Source: Candidatus Omnitrophota bacterium (GTDB lineage: Bacteria; Omnitrophota; Gorgyraeia; JAHJTE01). From it: a stretch of DNA of 36,978 bases. Each line of letters starts with the position of its first letter. Position 1 is the stretch's first letter. The stretch is from positions 265,674 to 302,651 of the forward strand of contig JAHJTE010000003.1 of the NCBI GenBank assembly GCA_018830005.1, written 5' to 3'. Position numbers and translations under genes: made by a program. This document shows, piece after piece, positions 35,801-36,978 of this stretch. Under the pieces are notes generated by a model, which worked only from the letters and a program-made list of their open reading frames with translations, was not told the origin of the DNA and did not search any database.

Positions 35801-36978
35801 GATTTTGTTGCTTTGGAACCAGGTGAAGATTTGACAAGGGCCTTAGTTTTTCTTGAGGGCCCATCTCTGCCATATTTATTTCTATATGTAGTATCTCTCC
35901 TGTTGAAGACTGTAATTTCTCCTTCTCCCCTAAATTCAACTTCATTTTCGCCTATCTTAGTTCCTCTTCTTATACAGGTTCCTGCAAGGGAATAATCTTT
36001 CCTAAGATAAACTCCAAAGATTACTCTAGCCTTATCGCTATACAAAGGCCTATAAACAACATCTGCAAACAAATAGCGCTTATATCCACGCAGGAATTTC
36101 ATAGAGCCCTTCCATTCAAAAAGAGGGATACTACACCAAACACCTATTACTCCAGGCACATCTTCAAGACAGGGTTTTGTTCGTTTTCCTTTAAACCATT
36201 CAAAAACAGCTCTCCTTGCCTTAATTCGGCTACGATATTCTTCTCCAGTCTCCCAGATTCTAGGACTTTTACCTGGCAGAAAACAACGCAATTTTACTTG
36301 TTTCTTAGCTTTCCTTTCAATAATATAGTATTGACGATATAATATCTCTTCTGTCTTCGGATCAAGAAATCTCACCATTAAGTAGTTAGTATCCCTCTCC
36401 TCAGCAATAATGCGAATATGCCTGCCTTGAAGATATTCTGGTACTCCAATAAAGAGACCTTTACCTAAATATAAACTTGTATTAAAATAACCTTCGATTG
36501 GCACTAAATCTTCTTGAGCGTCATTTATGATAATTGATGCCCACCGCAGAGCCTCTTCTCTGATTGACCTCTTGAGCATACGAGCTTTCTCTTCATTTTC
36601 AGAAAAGGCATTAAACCATCTCCTTCCATAGAGTGAAATTAGGACTCTTTTCCTTGCTTTATTTCTAATCTGCCGTACTCCTTCTGAGGTATTGATATCA
36701 ATTTGCTCTATAATTTCCCGATATTTTCTACCTGCCAGATATGCCTCTAGAACAATTATTTCTCTCTCAGTTAAATCAGCTATTGAGAGGGCCTGTTGTA
36801 ATTGACCTCTCTCATATTTATCTCTAAGTATAGTATTTGCGTCCACTGCATTTGGATCAGGAAATGCATCTATTGAACCTGTAGCGTGATATTCTTTGAT
36901 TGCTGCATTAAGTATATTATTGCCAGGCTCTCCAATGCCAAGTAGACGACAGGCAATATCCCATCCTACATCTAAATA
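5827..36978 (-). CDS. Giant multidomain membrane-anchored protein (at least 10,383 aa; likely 5'-truncated by the window)
   Basis: ORF track gives 10,339 aa from a GTG at 36844-36846. My reading of the 44 codons 36847-36978 finds no in-frame stop. Ends in TAA TAA TGA at 5821-5829. Recognisable domains along its length argue that it is real. Confidence 0.95.
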   Translation of the reverse strand, partial: YLDVGWDIACRLLGIGEPGNNILNAAIKEYHATGSIDAFPDPNAVDANTILRDKYERGQLQQALSIADLTEREIIVLEAYLAGRKYREIIEQIDINTSEGVRQIRNKARKRVLISLYGRRWFNAFSENEEKARMLKRSIREEALRWASIIINDAQEDLVPIEGYFNTSLYLGKGLFIGVPEYLQGRHIRIIAEERDTNYLMVRFLDPKTEEILYRQYYIIERKAKKQVKLRCFLPGKSPRIWETGEEYRSRIKARRAVFEWFKGKRTKPCLEDVPGVIGVWCSIPLFEWKGSMKFLRGYKRYLFADVVYRPLYSDKARVIFGVYLRKDYSLAGTCIRRGTKIGENEVEFRGEGEITVFNRRDTTYRNKYGRDGPSRKTKALVKSSPGSKATKSKNTQRLGLVVKSPLILSLLLLTCLFSFEISHTQGILTDTLQPQAPPALVIGQFFSSVTNYLSQVLPFFSNINHQASIIFSLNPDIQSFVSGYFSSQQVFLAGVLASLNAKKGMRNSLQTLRAAIKANPALEWGYGDIRTEARLKATQPGNANGKIYIDVYPFQDNKALAHSNGNGSYGRITGMFVNIEGKEASSFLVSDIKTNGYRRSDSKAVAEVEASWQIATLLNLKAILEQKFKINSLYFKPNVLDEINGNGNAQKMRHPLAHYLKGACFRRLNLHSALHPNSSWTYDGLVCRIDNKTIQAQILLRRYKRDADEQALEELGNLYLRDAEGFIYFKFGYKLVQSRIYSLGITQGRFEDFIREALRLVAFKYFDYSKGKSFIDYARYQTLGQVYDFLGFTPYRELNLKRAVIKLKVMLGLEEGLEEPTQLEIMDYLRVDAKTASGLLRLSDVSSCIASSNIKRYYRTGDIDEVQDPSAKDPWASLQVMQREGKLAEILSKAKLTELQRCALSKKLESKDNSLVEIGREMGGRSREDIRILIEKAIDRVARYLYGEDGYSEFLSRREKEKQARKIKKALRKRFTKQLWAFILGGAKVEQPEPIEDIFNSDIKINDNFRLEIPEHSRGQKIRIAAGQRGRDWFILRFYRLSTRGAELAYQRYYRIRRNGSEISVKNGTDRPRVYESPQEYIMRIELGSRCSKWFKSIRRRPYPRLVPARVDALGNIYMIFAGKVLGGYLPYALQEVYWGVLKSSNNEVIVGVYLREGKKIREKIGENKLVLDNEGNVASVSHLLTEQGLELELPDSDAWPYRIAQNTLKHARDIIGKYRPDIIERYTNFKNLSIQEQAALRYDVCRITKRCFDNWRLSGARDQRTNLEYNSHIGVLIDLFPELNLTRFDFPLDWSTLEKSIENARHFLGKYRPDIIDRYDNLKNLSDREKEVLKTSILYITGGHFLIWELASVMDKDTVSCFNGSYIDALVAVFYKLGLTRKDFEDFRRNNWIKRYGWKDGIAQGIGNVREVLSRETPHIIEAYDNLSRLSEEEKSILMQWIYQISSAHFEVLGLSSARDDRKAPYFCGSHIDCLIKVFSGLPLDRDKFNPRPLPASKETQTTNPKQLISLAKLALILCTVLVAWLFSFETGHTQEILTDILQPQAPPLYLVNTIVHSFVPLSFISYLTPTLSILSSLKDVDLLLSRLLDSLPLALSPAMKGFLQHISPYLGAWAILNLLFAVYDTFSASDKKAGQRFSIRLFLKNFGRLISTHFSICFVTAVIISGVMFNFFPLSIFENILLIAFGLACIAIVVCGIRQPILEKRRHNPEYRAKKIFEDIFGEIPESEKTILVLKKIYKYIDGANQHIQDLRKETFIKKKRIFPKEYDWIGALRQSFKLIRKHKISKKINKVAKQKPSVSEIVTDLKSSLKQLKSFISKNTHVREGEVDLKLNELEGLLKDLLIRLTEYAIYLRTGKWQSFAGVFDEKTDTNSTSMDRLLVSGVEEKRIASVNEVDLHIHSSFDNGDLSPIDIVSQALKKGLKAIAIVDHLKDGFSFTAFREALKAVKGTSLEIIPGLEIRTKDQDSMRDMLVYFPDLQEFKENMQDLIQTQPKRYSSVQEVIDWAHRFGGVVIYAHPGAFGKKKEDASDEKIFELFKRGLDGLEIDHKLYRTRDRIHLLALIEKWNEEHPNDQKTYTIGSDYRSSIYKGYPCEIGVGWTGRKGHPNVRHYSYEEIIPPLKNKSKHKDGNRGFITLGSLFLIIAVGLILVPTIWNLVFDILPNWDTSSTGVVFLAAMNDNRQKISPRQLPRNLLETYDVPPNHIRSILNKGVVKTVLPKFSPKEEVRILDLANLTDMSFDISGFRLIFYYYDRSERQDNLLNKVDAVSGLGQESILVIYMPCLDKIHFKNLRRVSIYPEIVEDLAIYERKSTNNRVMPSLPFTREAKRQNYDQALAMLKDINSLHRLKAILLALAIDGGFQALAYRYCKAFLSEILGKGNNETRKELRDYIQMLLGNKSLVINKVFRIVAITQIKKLDNDLIHGLILSFWLTIGIVDLFSSASGQAQTLNLAGPGSFHTALIIIALELLVFTCIAVCTHRSLDDSQKVILVVDNTEIMLDKEKDREFVGIGGTGLGRTYDAIADVTMPLATDKYLIDDQEPFRFSVGPCVFVIIHNHKNKRTYPIHKRRVELDEAIRLIDIAYEDMGNGEEIEVHAGGLALFDDFQLEHNRQLFAFRGRIINHLASKGYKNIRLLFPSLCTTFTDITFDTKNSSAVYCFGFYSYSEDLQTPSQRITNKKLIEIQSQKATQDLPSLDSLQPLGTDSPLTAGLGGILISNKAYDHIRTAMHPLHLVQVHDISDSAEALGKQFEFTDVNKLLLLKWLDLRWLDKVFKKSHQNNFVLIGGAIEYCLLTTFKHISKAFNRIFSSEKDICEIHIPFYLDISRPWPDSLLYCIRDLAFQNKGIVKRADLELLAQTISKDQREYLDREEFNLKYSFYFDGSTRLRNGSNCDFKDEQIRVYFWSDVKAMSASGQFDAYLRNNTQAERKRSSMLFGTMFLMLAVALCALGLALLAQNSELILRLASLVYGEFCRTTQDFVAHNTLIAGMLAGGVNLKRLTCLADTKHTQKANPSLKRLIRNALAVAETDTVKMKELIKILKLYLGGSNYQIDRFVRAKLRELSKAFPDFIEDIPERLLPTEEELEEYKRRLRNDHIIFIDTLTGAEVGEISLPGGFKRPKKMIEDKIDELMDEKGYNNLLINGVITDEDGKIRLWDYNSSVYFASARTSLMITRGFDSTKLIRSASIIEDQAYIKLCATAINNLPKQIEIKLKSLSGYPIILRNIFYRERLNIDKKGNIRGKARTISAGELEEILTACLESEFVYNEIFDMQGSIIATYLYKFPEDIKLSENSAIISTGNNGQFIFGAKRKYYFTHIINGLILVFSEGLIPKETIEISNLSVSGRRRAAVYLQKNLGEQDNLIWRDEGIEWSEVFKELDDGSIIRAKNLEVKKPARIHFNYEMYNLDSNKFKYGDSAVAWFVKSNGRLLLLYYMKLEDYEACHFDAYVGEYVSACSGGNVFETFYHRFPTPAQIQTMFKQYNTDELRIENRLTTLEGTLKICTSKGSGDYIDYWIGLKKEPLAVWMDKYSGLPQLAMRLKDLRAANYDATAYKLSVKEGRGLVQKVTLKEFLVEEIPLAKHVRLELKRRGELLGRLLVSPIEEVLSKYPHLIKVALDLFTPLGRIDDIGDIGTLSNNLKERLGPLDSLRGVNDLGRIREIFNRLSEDLGCESISILKEVYGAEKDLSIKLIIFILLRNQLDLLKFGNHSDEIVNLRIDMHEAIESEINNIKILLEKVVDYREVVDLIIRYSQLMMAEQIDIEFRKGLFNYRNSKEIEEIGSAICDKTLEYTASSKKEILEIYYQLIPDSDWDRRVANLTKLIFELRDATTLDSIEVLAESFNKVIDRDLLWLPILASLCEEEKDLQTKLVIFSSLENRLLLASSDVKKEGHNQTRFERMFSCLIEKKFVEVNSLLANANSWNKVLALTAKYMYLKRVVDINISLLKGDIYLPNIDHLQEIEAALPERAFKYNTTDGIRKIIKTFSKELFVAVGENSIVRAKRLERRIDACFWLAARIEIYNKNKVRHAFMELPSKWQAIFYVRIKERVPIVVTGSLFNATFTSISKRLGETIRGLTYAENITPQLRRDFKEVLSEVCSDLDDDYLRNIYRDFLYEYKEEQIDRLFKGAKKYFTPRHNCLVNQVVKEVRRQRRLLLVRIRQVAQGRNSNTPFDKTMADHLLRPLAESCSRSLLDFRTEDLRTLYLRFAFNFEYKELARIFGLSQRAIMDRINLVVSKLMKDSGFFKDSVIEGLSIIFKRLAENDGYKADVEKALNISCIEILRKRAMQIGYELPLSNGNGYMGNGNGRGVRLIKYSRRVLRLLEKTNNVSKVSEGFGLSELDLAQEAFDVYQRNFVSQGSNTVGSRIVILQLLDRLYDKLKIIEPVQVRLWKQGLLGDIELHLKQIEAILRKADPTEFERALKIVGEVEFTFNLANVLDYGTIHRLENRLALIKKEIRRKKGTIPAGIESLRSEIKYDLSRAFALVDNGCLNGNSYNLFKIILKVIANKILTLGRLEDDFDSYQSNRTYYIPELRLLAACIQINMAREKGSNFASLRFKDMDTATILEPCAMGVLKANGQMYKEYEDRTYYELGKAWAGGHVVRYKDLPKKVKDRIDPEIARTLEQENFYFILGTTEPNIWYFTQDIFLNAVTIHKAKGKVKAGAYIPVTLLGLSVSEKVINYELSHLQGAKEDKTESEALAKEVQEAWQSDHIASLKRLTCLGDTQHTQKANPPLKHLIQNALIQAQRDDRMKEFIPILKSFLDGSNYEIDRFARKILLGLKPRFYRQLADVQPRSLRAGLTREDLIELAEDDKLVFIDAETGKKLGKLPALRAGNKFKKYPESRDEMINRLMDDEGHSGLYVLGVTVNRHGRLLRVLGKSPSVLFAHAKTAILITKNSAGEKLIRKTLILEDCSEDSEYIDKCLKAVEDLRGKGNIATKYLKGYARILGNLCVNERFSLDREGNVKWKNQTIQFSELKGLFQDYLRQGEIYSEIFDIDGNLISVYRAQFPKNIKLTKNVVITSTDNQGRFNFPCNEQLRKTGTVDDLILVFNVDTAPLEFIAVSNIDKFETSLESHRLTYLQRNITEEDKLICIGDRKTEVYRELDDHSVVRHMNLKAKERKGMVGIWFNFVFYILDRDKFEEGDRMVAWFEKVNGEFWLLYCQKLKDYLVLRPDIDVFEYAVTFDEHGNVLNSTKKGFPSPDEIKEMFNKYGAKYIRSEGAYTNSRGHLRRQHRVDGVDCNFHRNIGIKNEPLALWFDKLSGLPVLAVKLKDLRSANFNTTVYKLSVKDSKGLVEAQRLRTFLKEDILLAITIRLAFERNERILLRLSSYSIKEVFKKYPNLATIIANIDTNELRRRMLIRKVRRGDKAASAQFCEENDPLIRWIVKRSPAIKAFLKFTTMEDILQMGRYFLQYIITDERYAFDAGFNFSSYAVPALRGLILNGLKEQYSLDFNAEASFKKTDRWQSRAFCSLSKFEVERASLARHNQLESMLDRGNDSIVAKARECLADLSIEFPYRVMAFNMKLGLEDDVVYSYGEIAAYLFGLGVKGENGDQFTGETIRLWFNFVKEKLLIKLCGNAQAKKTIEKDKKRRDNKKEIAREWDSYFKSNMKGDPPLGLYILVGVAGYIWISKNLQITDYKEHAGAEVFVDIDKNDISEGCCAVNVFNGRGTSIGRHYVEVKKGKVIKCLDMQISQRIADFKERLRVRDKWANWMQLPFERKPPEEALVRIVYSGGRRRGAGIAVPVPNNSSVHISLPPELIGQELKVEVKGSGFNWHLWRVATLRDVVVVGGIIRKDNNKGGLIHNKLNNNLLILSRLNKEERNNILALFEDEVLAVRGRRSKGIKALEKLQSTIEGEVGDLRQSIGNGYDICQHWLLLRQLEIIKIYKASNGHSVPRPCGMGVLKADGQMYKEYEDRTYEELETAWDDGRVVGVRNLYSNFFVQIEPYQEILKALEKRGVFIVLPDPKKDPREMPSVWYKSLKIFLAAVTIKKSKGKVKSGIYIPLTLILLLVKFKRVGLLKEILKHELDNLKGKKENKHRSERLAEQVLSVWKEEERERRRSRKQAARLAEAILKPGSKITIHKLKLEEQNALARAAHEGDGQAQDALRQLLYFYAETLAYKWQWTFSCKDILGAFDKAIPKIITNYNPDRPNGSNLKSLAYKKFGQIRIDLWRKASRRRESPLDESLEQPSLAMCEEELEYILDELLRPVKIRGGNPGRDRLIFKIRIMGRLCGKEVSYREIGVHFNLEKSSVCIQYSQVSKCVISHYAKKPLPRSLVGRLDIERWRALLNYFIQNSKNNNSLSVGPKKTSGKVKGNSRQYFPEDPSTADMFFGSIRKAHYRKEERSSENKRKGPPVKWTRQILSEAFRNPPTEIKDVRSSSQWEDAGYRGIIKVAIRIYGSWHKFLESQGIKPIERKEWTEQTLSEAFRNPPTEIKDVRSSSQWQEAGYRGMVKVTFRIYGSWLDFVKSQDIQPIEKKGRIPKWTEQTLSEAFRNPPTEIKDVRSSSQWQEAGYGGMVEAVRRIYGSWLDFVKSQGMKPCCESCVYQKFTQHYDNPKVVKDILNGKTKVKSEDMSLEQQVKLAKEVQKGNLAAYQALMYSLEWLAKKISKEYRLKYFNLDSDQRLSACLKAIPGIVARFDPEKWDKTIGAYAYKRFMGSIDDKARSELRREKRENTSSLDRSLNEKDERGRRPQTLLDKLIPEEQLPELTQQEAETRLKELLKPINASERNKQMFILAALHRSGIINMNQEEIARQFNCSPSNISRNYKSITRKLGLISNNSHLARSTHEDVESPQIKRHHHFPEAPTAADMFFGPVRVAHLRRESSRKKTSGALYYFGGGKACGRASMRSALGGKGANLAEMARLDLPVPPGFTIPNKIVRRYDENRNSLPKGVSELIFQGVSEIERRTKKVFGHVKKFGDLKNPLFLSVRSGAEESEPGRYKTYTKIGLHRITLDAYGREIGDMHRAYLDFLLYFMSYIAECVSQDDAGFDEGVNKIVDEIPSLRENYYMDRYDILPKLISLDKLKEMVLKAERLFEQKTGKKFPTPKRQLMLAVKSVIQSSYFVCGAACNIQAYVFGNIGDEKSGSGVIFTRNPLNGEKGIYGSFKFNAEGSEVVGRLKIVDNILCKWDRPEGLDALQKYLPQQYLELEEFALLLEKHFYEIQDIEFTIQNGKLFILQTRGNEKFSTPLARVRILLDFVKEGLISEEDALGRFREEEYEDCSNFDVPSSVRLEHLWWTKTYLESPVLRKDLERKPIASGIIVLPGIVSGPIITDCTNPKGRKGIAVIFNVMEFERLQTITPEAIERRISGAISYGGGFADYIVVRMRGAQKIIPHLTRINLQIHSNTVKFSRTNAEVKIGSWLILDGNTGHVYKGKLSSKDLEDSEITKVNKGMIRKRDSELHPYYDTLLKWIIILEVDEILIREIKKRGQWSWEEDIILEKGLTLSNEELFNILKEGNTLGALADKIRGDNKKVAIFRKELQLAIKKIKKENATRGAIKDKLALELKKRLLSEQVCGNSPQNGGVSGGMLYRLAKQGNANELARIMKAYLEYHLQQIRECKFGIIELDFPCLVSSLVSIIDSKPVLLPILKKAFEILLEDYNVQDRHLIFELFFEYESHEILRLGEVLMSDIYKQRLSWAVTWDYFEIAAHPELLLSAWLANMMSPLAWKIIKRKTKGRSTAQSLRSLEGHLKHYYVNTFSTSDRPEGCRWGWTTIDFKKAALGDEVVGQIIDRLDQFFSVDEGGYGGFSTTTAYRQGYRARMKNEIIELMHAYRRIRHDNKAEGKCASFATLDAAFLSLISIFTQVPFEKIFIFGTQIHFAVFIDIDEGYVFSNLYWYSKKKFKELSENIDWYREFAAPCTDSFVSFSGIFNSVLGISTMSKDTVVKFYKRLSEFFGAEFNIPDLSGIRFIDRRGAPINIQDFDSAETLQKYAFNLAEEYFEYEAALYAFRSLKVKYPEVYAAKALEETHTKDNARFMYSLDDAIRFVRNIQGFKSVFGSLDRIMLPDEVLAFVTGSHRDKALLLWTLLYYMNERNMEDRELMCVVFAEDDSFVYVNGTFISTRTFEKSIEIPESIKYIFDEKGHYDCNIFNGHILMATDAKLVYSEKDNDEEDAEDPQNKRHHHSQETPTTTDIFFGPIRKAHWPGYSADNENTEDGSNDYPRRLKALMRREKYFYCLTGKGVDLERREVVKRFSAKVDLVGPLAFLKHMFTFQVTRECNTWCPHCLFVYCKPQRKLNWKQKEKMYRDLLEFAENDPRFKEICIGGGEPLSFAKEDVLFLLENSRKPNILQTNAKFASTPGSARDSLSEVYKIIKAKTDATSDYYFILNTSLDSFHQRTIPISNIANLVQVIAEDFPEISLVIRSLHEPDVHKRLGVLKSELKRRGFAVKTKVEEKISIRGRNGKKQKVVRTIYWTLIKNRREYRFIVGVDFVSRLGFAELLNEECYLGDYGTTENFINGKRTDYYGQDVDYCYLPQTVTVNCDGNVYYYCTAIPCFGNVYDEDITTIIDISKNDPLIYFLAFEPYLLYQLTLEIEPDFIAIAKQCPHPDDIMYEILKSPARRLYLTERFIQLYYEKRSEELDESFLSDLGIPDSQEEIIEEYRKNMKEGKAAIASKNGGVSGGMLQEWLRRGDLEALVRAIDRYIDWVLNYEIDVEGEQDQTPEMSRGAKYSYLFRTLEKIIRQSKLPSKKRRHYVSTLKDVFRELAGKYKVEKAENAFVWLLNQSPLRVRDAGELLLRYIEPGEQRRRRLYREIEIGNQEALVQFVEENKGLIQNIIHSTPRIGFLLGLYDEEELLVAGICCLTEILKGKKRYDFTQDTKLSTFLAPMIKDGIYTAFIGKSIERDKVSLDDERRVEGGELLAGEMFLSEISLEAYKLKEAKEDGDQDVTERGARLIEYLGDYALIEPNKALAFSFFCGLEDGNPHTKEEITYILYDMGIRNQDGEKYSDLTIGNWIKKAREYLLKREFDVGEAKKILEIEKEDNKNVKKARKDWQAFVASNVKGRVPQWLPIWIDKNGAIYIIPTMNALSGYKKYANRKGYTGIDERGDNYCVIVVFNESEVPIGREFVELENGKVKSIEKMQPGETILELKKRLSTEEQLNDWFNSRFTSKLPEGYIERKATSHQRIGACLVRLFSKSTITSYLSISYKLDGQMIKIQARAAGLNWGLLGVYTQGDNNVTGFLFLTNSDGKISRRKLNHRALACRKLNSDERKIVGELLEKEVFTPRGRRRKTPNALSQLKARIETEIRDLRLMDTDKYDICEHWLLSRQLEIIKTYEDSLLDSRDGDIPGSTDGHVFYYQEPVGESPVGKRIRMMLHDAGLGLYRSGNDTEIYLPQQGSLDYFMSAYTFRWVYSEMTEEEFKETCARLINFFGRDRMRYAFSRNNAAFSHNLVRIYKFGIDEFERLARHIDLEIVGKGFENNEEWFINSLNILIANERDLVWLKDLEEECSYLINMEGTNIDGYLERARQTLVGLGKMDAILASKDRDKILTKVLLSILLFRQNLLISLISKEEYRLLVYKILIQACFSEKYDNASSYFIFGIPYIKGTSFATSYFVSTCAHELDHNIFSGDCFISEIISDLGGFSILEQIGWSEDIEESQVILEYGRFKKDFALVLRTREHHYCARTQLQWIIEQLESVDYTRLFRLALMIVKKGPWMRFSIFVLELLRQYGQEIAGPSEELDPVVSEMSEKLRKGRDRLITPEEIRRIIRVFQPSDPRNGGVSEKPADIETYTLNSITDVADPLTWEILSKDLIKAMAYAATIIELGPETRFRLYEALRKEDYAGEYIAIDLAGNIADYSDEGFNYFPPDGPGDIYDIDFMHKVIEGSKSPTIIVSDAAIRYLYPEDMGFKLGNSESERQRAELLAEVFDSYPGIDVHFHLFPAVLDDKRYEEISRVYKLMAQRGWRVIRLTVKDKYDTLWIFIRPSVDMPGSLVQFLGQLNDAKLSRLIQDIVRELRQYENQIRRIHPALSIFGSASVGEADSIYNDTQDLVRKLDGNGYSIVTGGGPGVMRAANSVATSRPSVGLQIQCPKEEGNEFVDIGLMFKYLFARKRAFIDLSVGALCMPGGFGTLDEFFEIASLKDQGHINDFPLVLFDNVSRKFYQGLEERMRDLSERGLLRKRPKDLFVVLDSSQRILRYLEDEACLEKLNANNNVDIEQVIRDLYRTLKRIEKVVPAFGIVGSELVSETSPEYEQARQVTKGLANSDISVIYKGHRGISAAAAQGYKDVKGTNSQCISLLLKGNRDHSNHASMNLGFSYTFEQKMALIRHSSLGFVFLQGGTGTLDILFEVLCLMQLEKIEQVPVVLLGRDFWQPWHTWFKKTLLPAGVIVEEDLNRYRIVDTYQEAVAIIEDFYLGRLL
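5830..7030 (-). other. Tandem LOG-family (TIGR00730-like Rossmann) domains at the giant protein C-terminus
   Basis: Copy 1: SIFGSA, TGGGPGVM, FARKR, PGGFGTLDE (6688-6714). Copy 2: QGGTGTLDI (6049-6075), degenerate. Confidence 0.85.
7140..7740 (-). other. Class I SAM-methyltransferase-like domain
   Basis: IIELGPET, YIAIDL and GDIYD spaced like motifs I-III. The glycine-rich motif is imperfect. Confidence 0.4.
7790..8700 (-). other. HExxH zincin-like metallopeptidase domain
   Basis: AHELDH at 8221-8235 with a downstream Glu (ISEIISD, 8188-8190) as candidate third zinc ligand. Confidence 0.5.
9088..10692 (-). other. Sigma-70-like domain plus beta-rich domain, copy 2 (535 aa)
   Basis: GNQEALVQFVEENKGLI...YDFTQDTKLSTF (region 2), GLEDGNPHTKEEI (region 4), then a domain ending YDICEHWLLSRQLEIIK. 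Paralogous to 19294-20904. Confidence 0.75.
11400..12312 (-). other. Radical SAM domain with Twitch/SPASM-like tail
   Basis: CNTWCPHC (CxxxCxxC, 12253-12276), GGGEPL, LQTNA, SLDSFH, and C-terminal YC...VNCDGNVYYYC...FGNV. Confidence 0.88.
12650..13700 (-). other. Transglutaminase/papain-like Cys-His domain followed by a degenerate second copy
   Basis: GKCASFATL (Cys 13576-13578) and IHFAVFI (His 13477-13479). Second motif PDEVL...GSHRDKALLL resembles GDCxDxAxLL with the Cys lost. Confidence 0.5.
14700..16455 (-). other. Truncated pyruvate phosphate dikinase-like module (ATP-grasp plus phospho-His swivel domain, no PEP-binding barrel)
   Basis: LGGKGANLAEM, LPVPPGFTI, LSVRSGA, VFGN...SGSGVIFTRNP, QDIEFTIQNGKLFILQTR, LDGNTGHVY. 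Confidence 0.9.
16624..17232 (-). other. Sigma-70-like domain (regions 1.2-4)
   Basis: LEQQVKLAKEVQKGNLAAYQAL, ARFDPEK...IGAYAYKRFMGSI, SSLDRSL, NQEEIARQFNCSPSNISR. Confidence 0.82.
17332..17877 (-). repeat. Three tandem in-frame repeats (183-195 nt; 61-65 aa) resembling homing-endonuclease-associated repeats
   Basis: Units start at Trp codons 17875, 17692 and 17497. Consensus WTxQxLSEAFRNPPTEIKDVRSSSQWxxAGYxGxxxxxxRIYGSWxxFxxSQ. Near-identical DNA. Confidence 0.92.
18160..18702 (-). other. Sigma-70-like domain (regions 1.2-4)
   Basis: LEEQNALARAAHEGDGQAQDAL, NYNPDR...NLKSLAY, SPLDESL, VSYREIGVHFNLEKSSV. Confidence 0.78.
18799..19263 (-). repeat. Unknown module C, copy 2 (paralog at 22846-23265)
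   Basis: PCGMGVLKADGQMYKEYEDRTY...IFLAAVTIKKSKGKVKSGIYIPLTL...LKHELDNLKG. DNA 19201-19238 is identical to 23203-23240. Confidence 0.9.
19294..20904 (-). other. Sigma-70-like domain plus beta-rich domain, copy 1 (537 aa)
   Basis: GDKAASAQFCEENDPLI...FDAGFNFSSYA, GLEDDVVYSYGEIA, ending YDICQHWLLLRQLEIIK. Confidence 0.75.
20938..22824 (-). repeat. Unknown module B, copy 2 (629 aa)
   Basis: Begins LKRLTCLGDTQHTQKANP and ends LAVKLKDLRSANF...YKLSVKDSKGLV...KYPNL. Collinear with 26137-27984. Confidence 0.9.
22846..23265 (-). repeat. Unknown module C, copy 1
   Basis: PCAMGVLKANGQMYKEYEDRTY...IFLNAVTIHKAKGKVKAGAYIPVTL...INYELSHLQG. Confidence 0.9.
24259..24390 (-). other. Isolated sigma-70 region-4-like HTH
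   Basis: EDLRTLYLRFAFNFEYKELARIFGLSQRAIMDRINLVVSKL. Confidence 0.7.
26137..27984 (-). repeat. Unknown module B, copy 1 (616 aa)
   Basis: Begins LKRLTCLADTKHTQKANP and ends LAMRLKDLRAANY...YKLSVKEGRGLV...KYPHL. Confidence 0.9.
28950..29420 (-). other. CheD/deamidase-like Cys-His domain
   Basis: SVGPCVFVIIHN...YPIH (Cys 29323-29325, His 29272-29274) and EIEVHAGG resemble the CheD pattern GLGSCVxxxxxD...H...xxFGG. Confidence 0.45.
30600..31295 (-). other. PHP-family phosphoesterase domain (TrpH/YciV-like)
   Basis: DLHIHS, AIVDH, IPGLE, YAHP, LDGLEI, GSDYR. Confidence 0.88.
32329..32450 (-). repeat. Linker motif A, copy 2: hydrophobic helix + LFSFExxHTQxILTDxLQPQAPP
   Basis: 56/64 nt identical (hand count) to 35667-35730. 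Confidence 0.9.
32506..33369 (-). repeat. Three diverged tandem repeats of 93-105 aa
   Basis: KYRPDIIERY (33324), KYRPDIIDRY (33045), RETPHIIEAY (32730). Each is followed by NLS..E...L...I....F...L and ends Y/FxxSxIxxLxxxFxxLxLxRxxF. Confidence 0.85.
34150..34882 (-). other. Sigma-70-like domain with regions 2, 3 and 4
   Basis: DEQALEELGNLY, FDYSKGKSFIDYA, EEPTQLEIMDYL, LTELQRCAL...SLVEIGREMG.RSREDIRILIEKAIDRV. Confidence 0.85.
35662..35766 (-). repeat. Linker motif A, copy 1
   Basis: SPLILSLLLLTCLFSFEISHTQGILTDTLQPQAPP. Confidence 0.9.
36643..36774 (-). other. Sigma-70 region-4-like HTH
   Basis: LTEREIIVLEAYLAGRKYREIIEQIDINTSEGVRQIRNKARKRV. Regions 2-3 may lie upstream of the window. Confidence 0.75.

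Noticed and set aside
6287-35995. Many 60-205 aa plus-strand and off-frame ORFs within the giant gene
   Set aside because: Antisense shadows without motifs. The purine-rich coding strand makes such ORFs expected. The 17293-17910 ORF only mirrors the tandem repeat.
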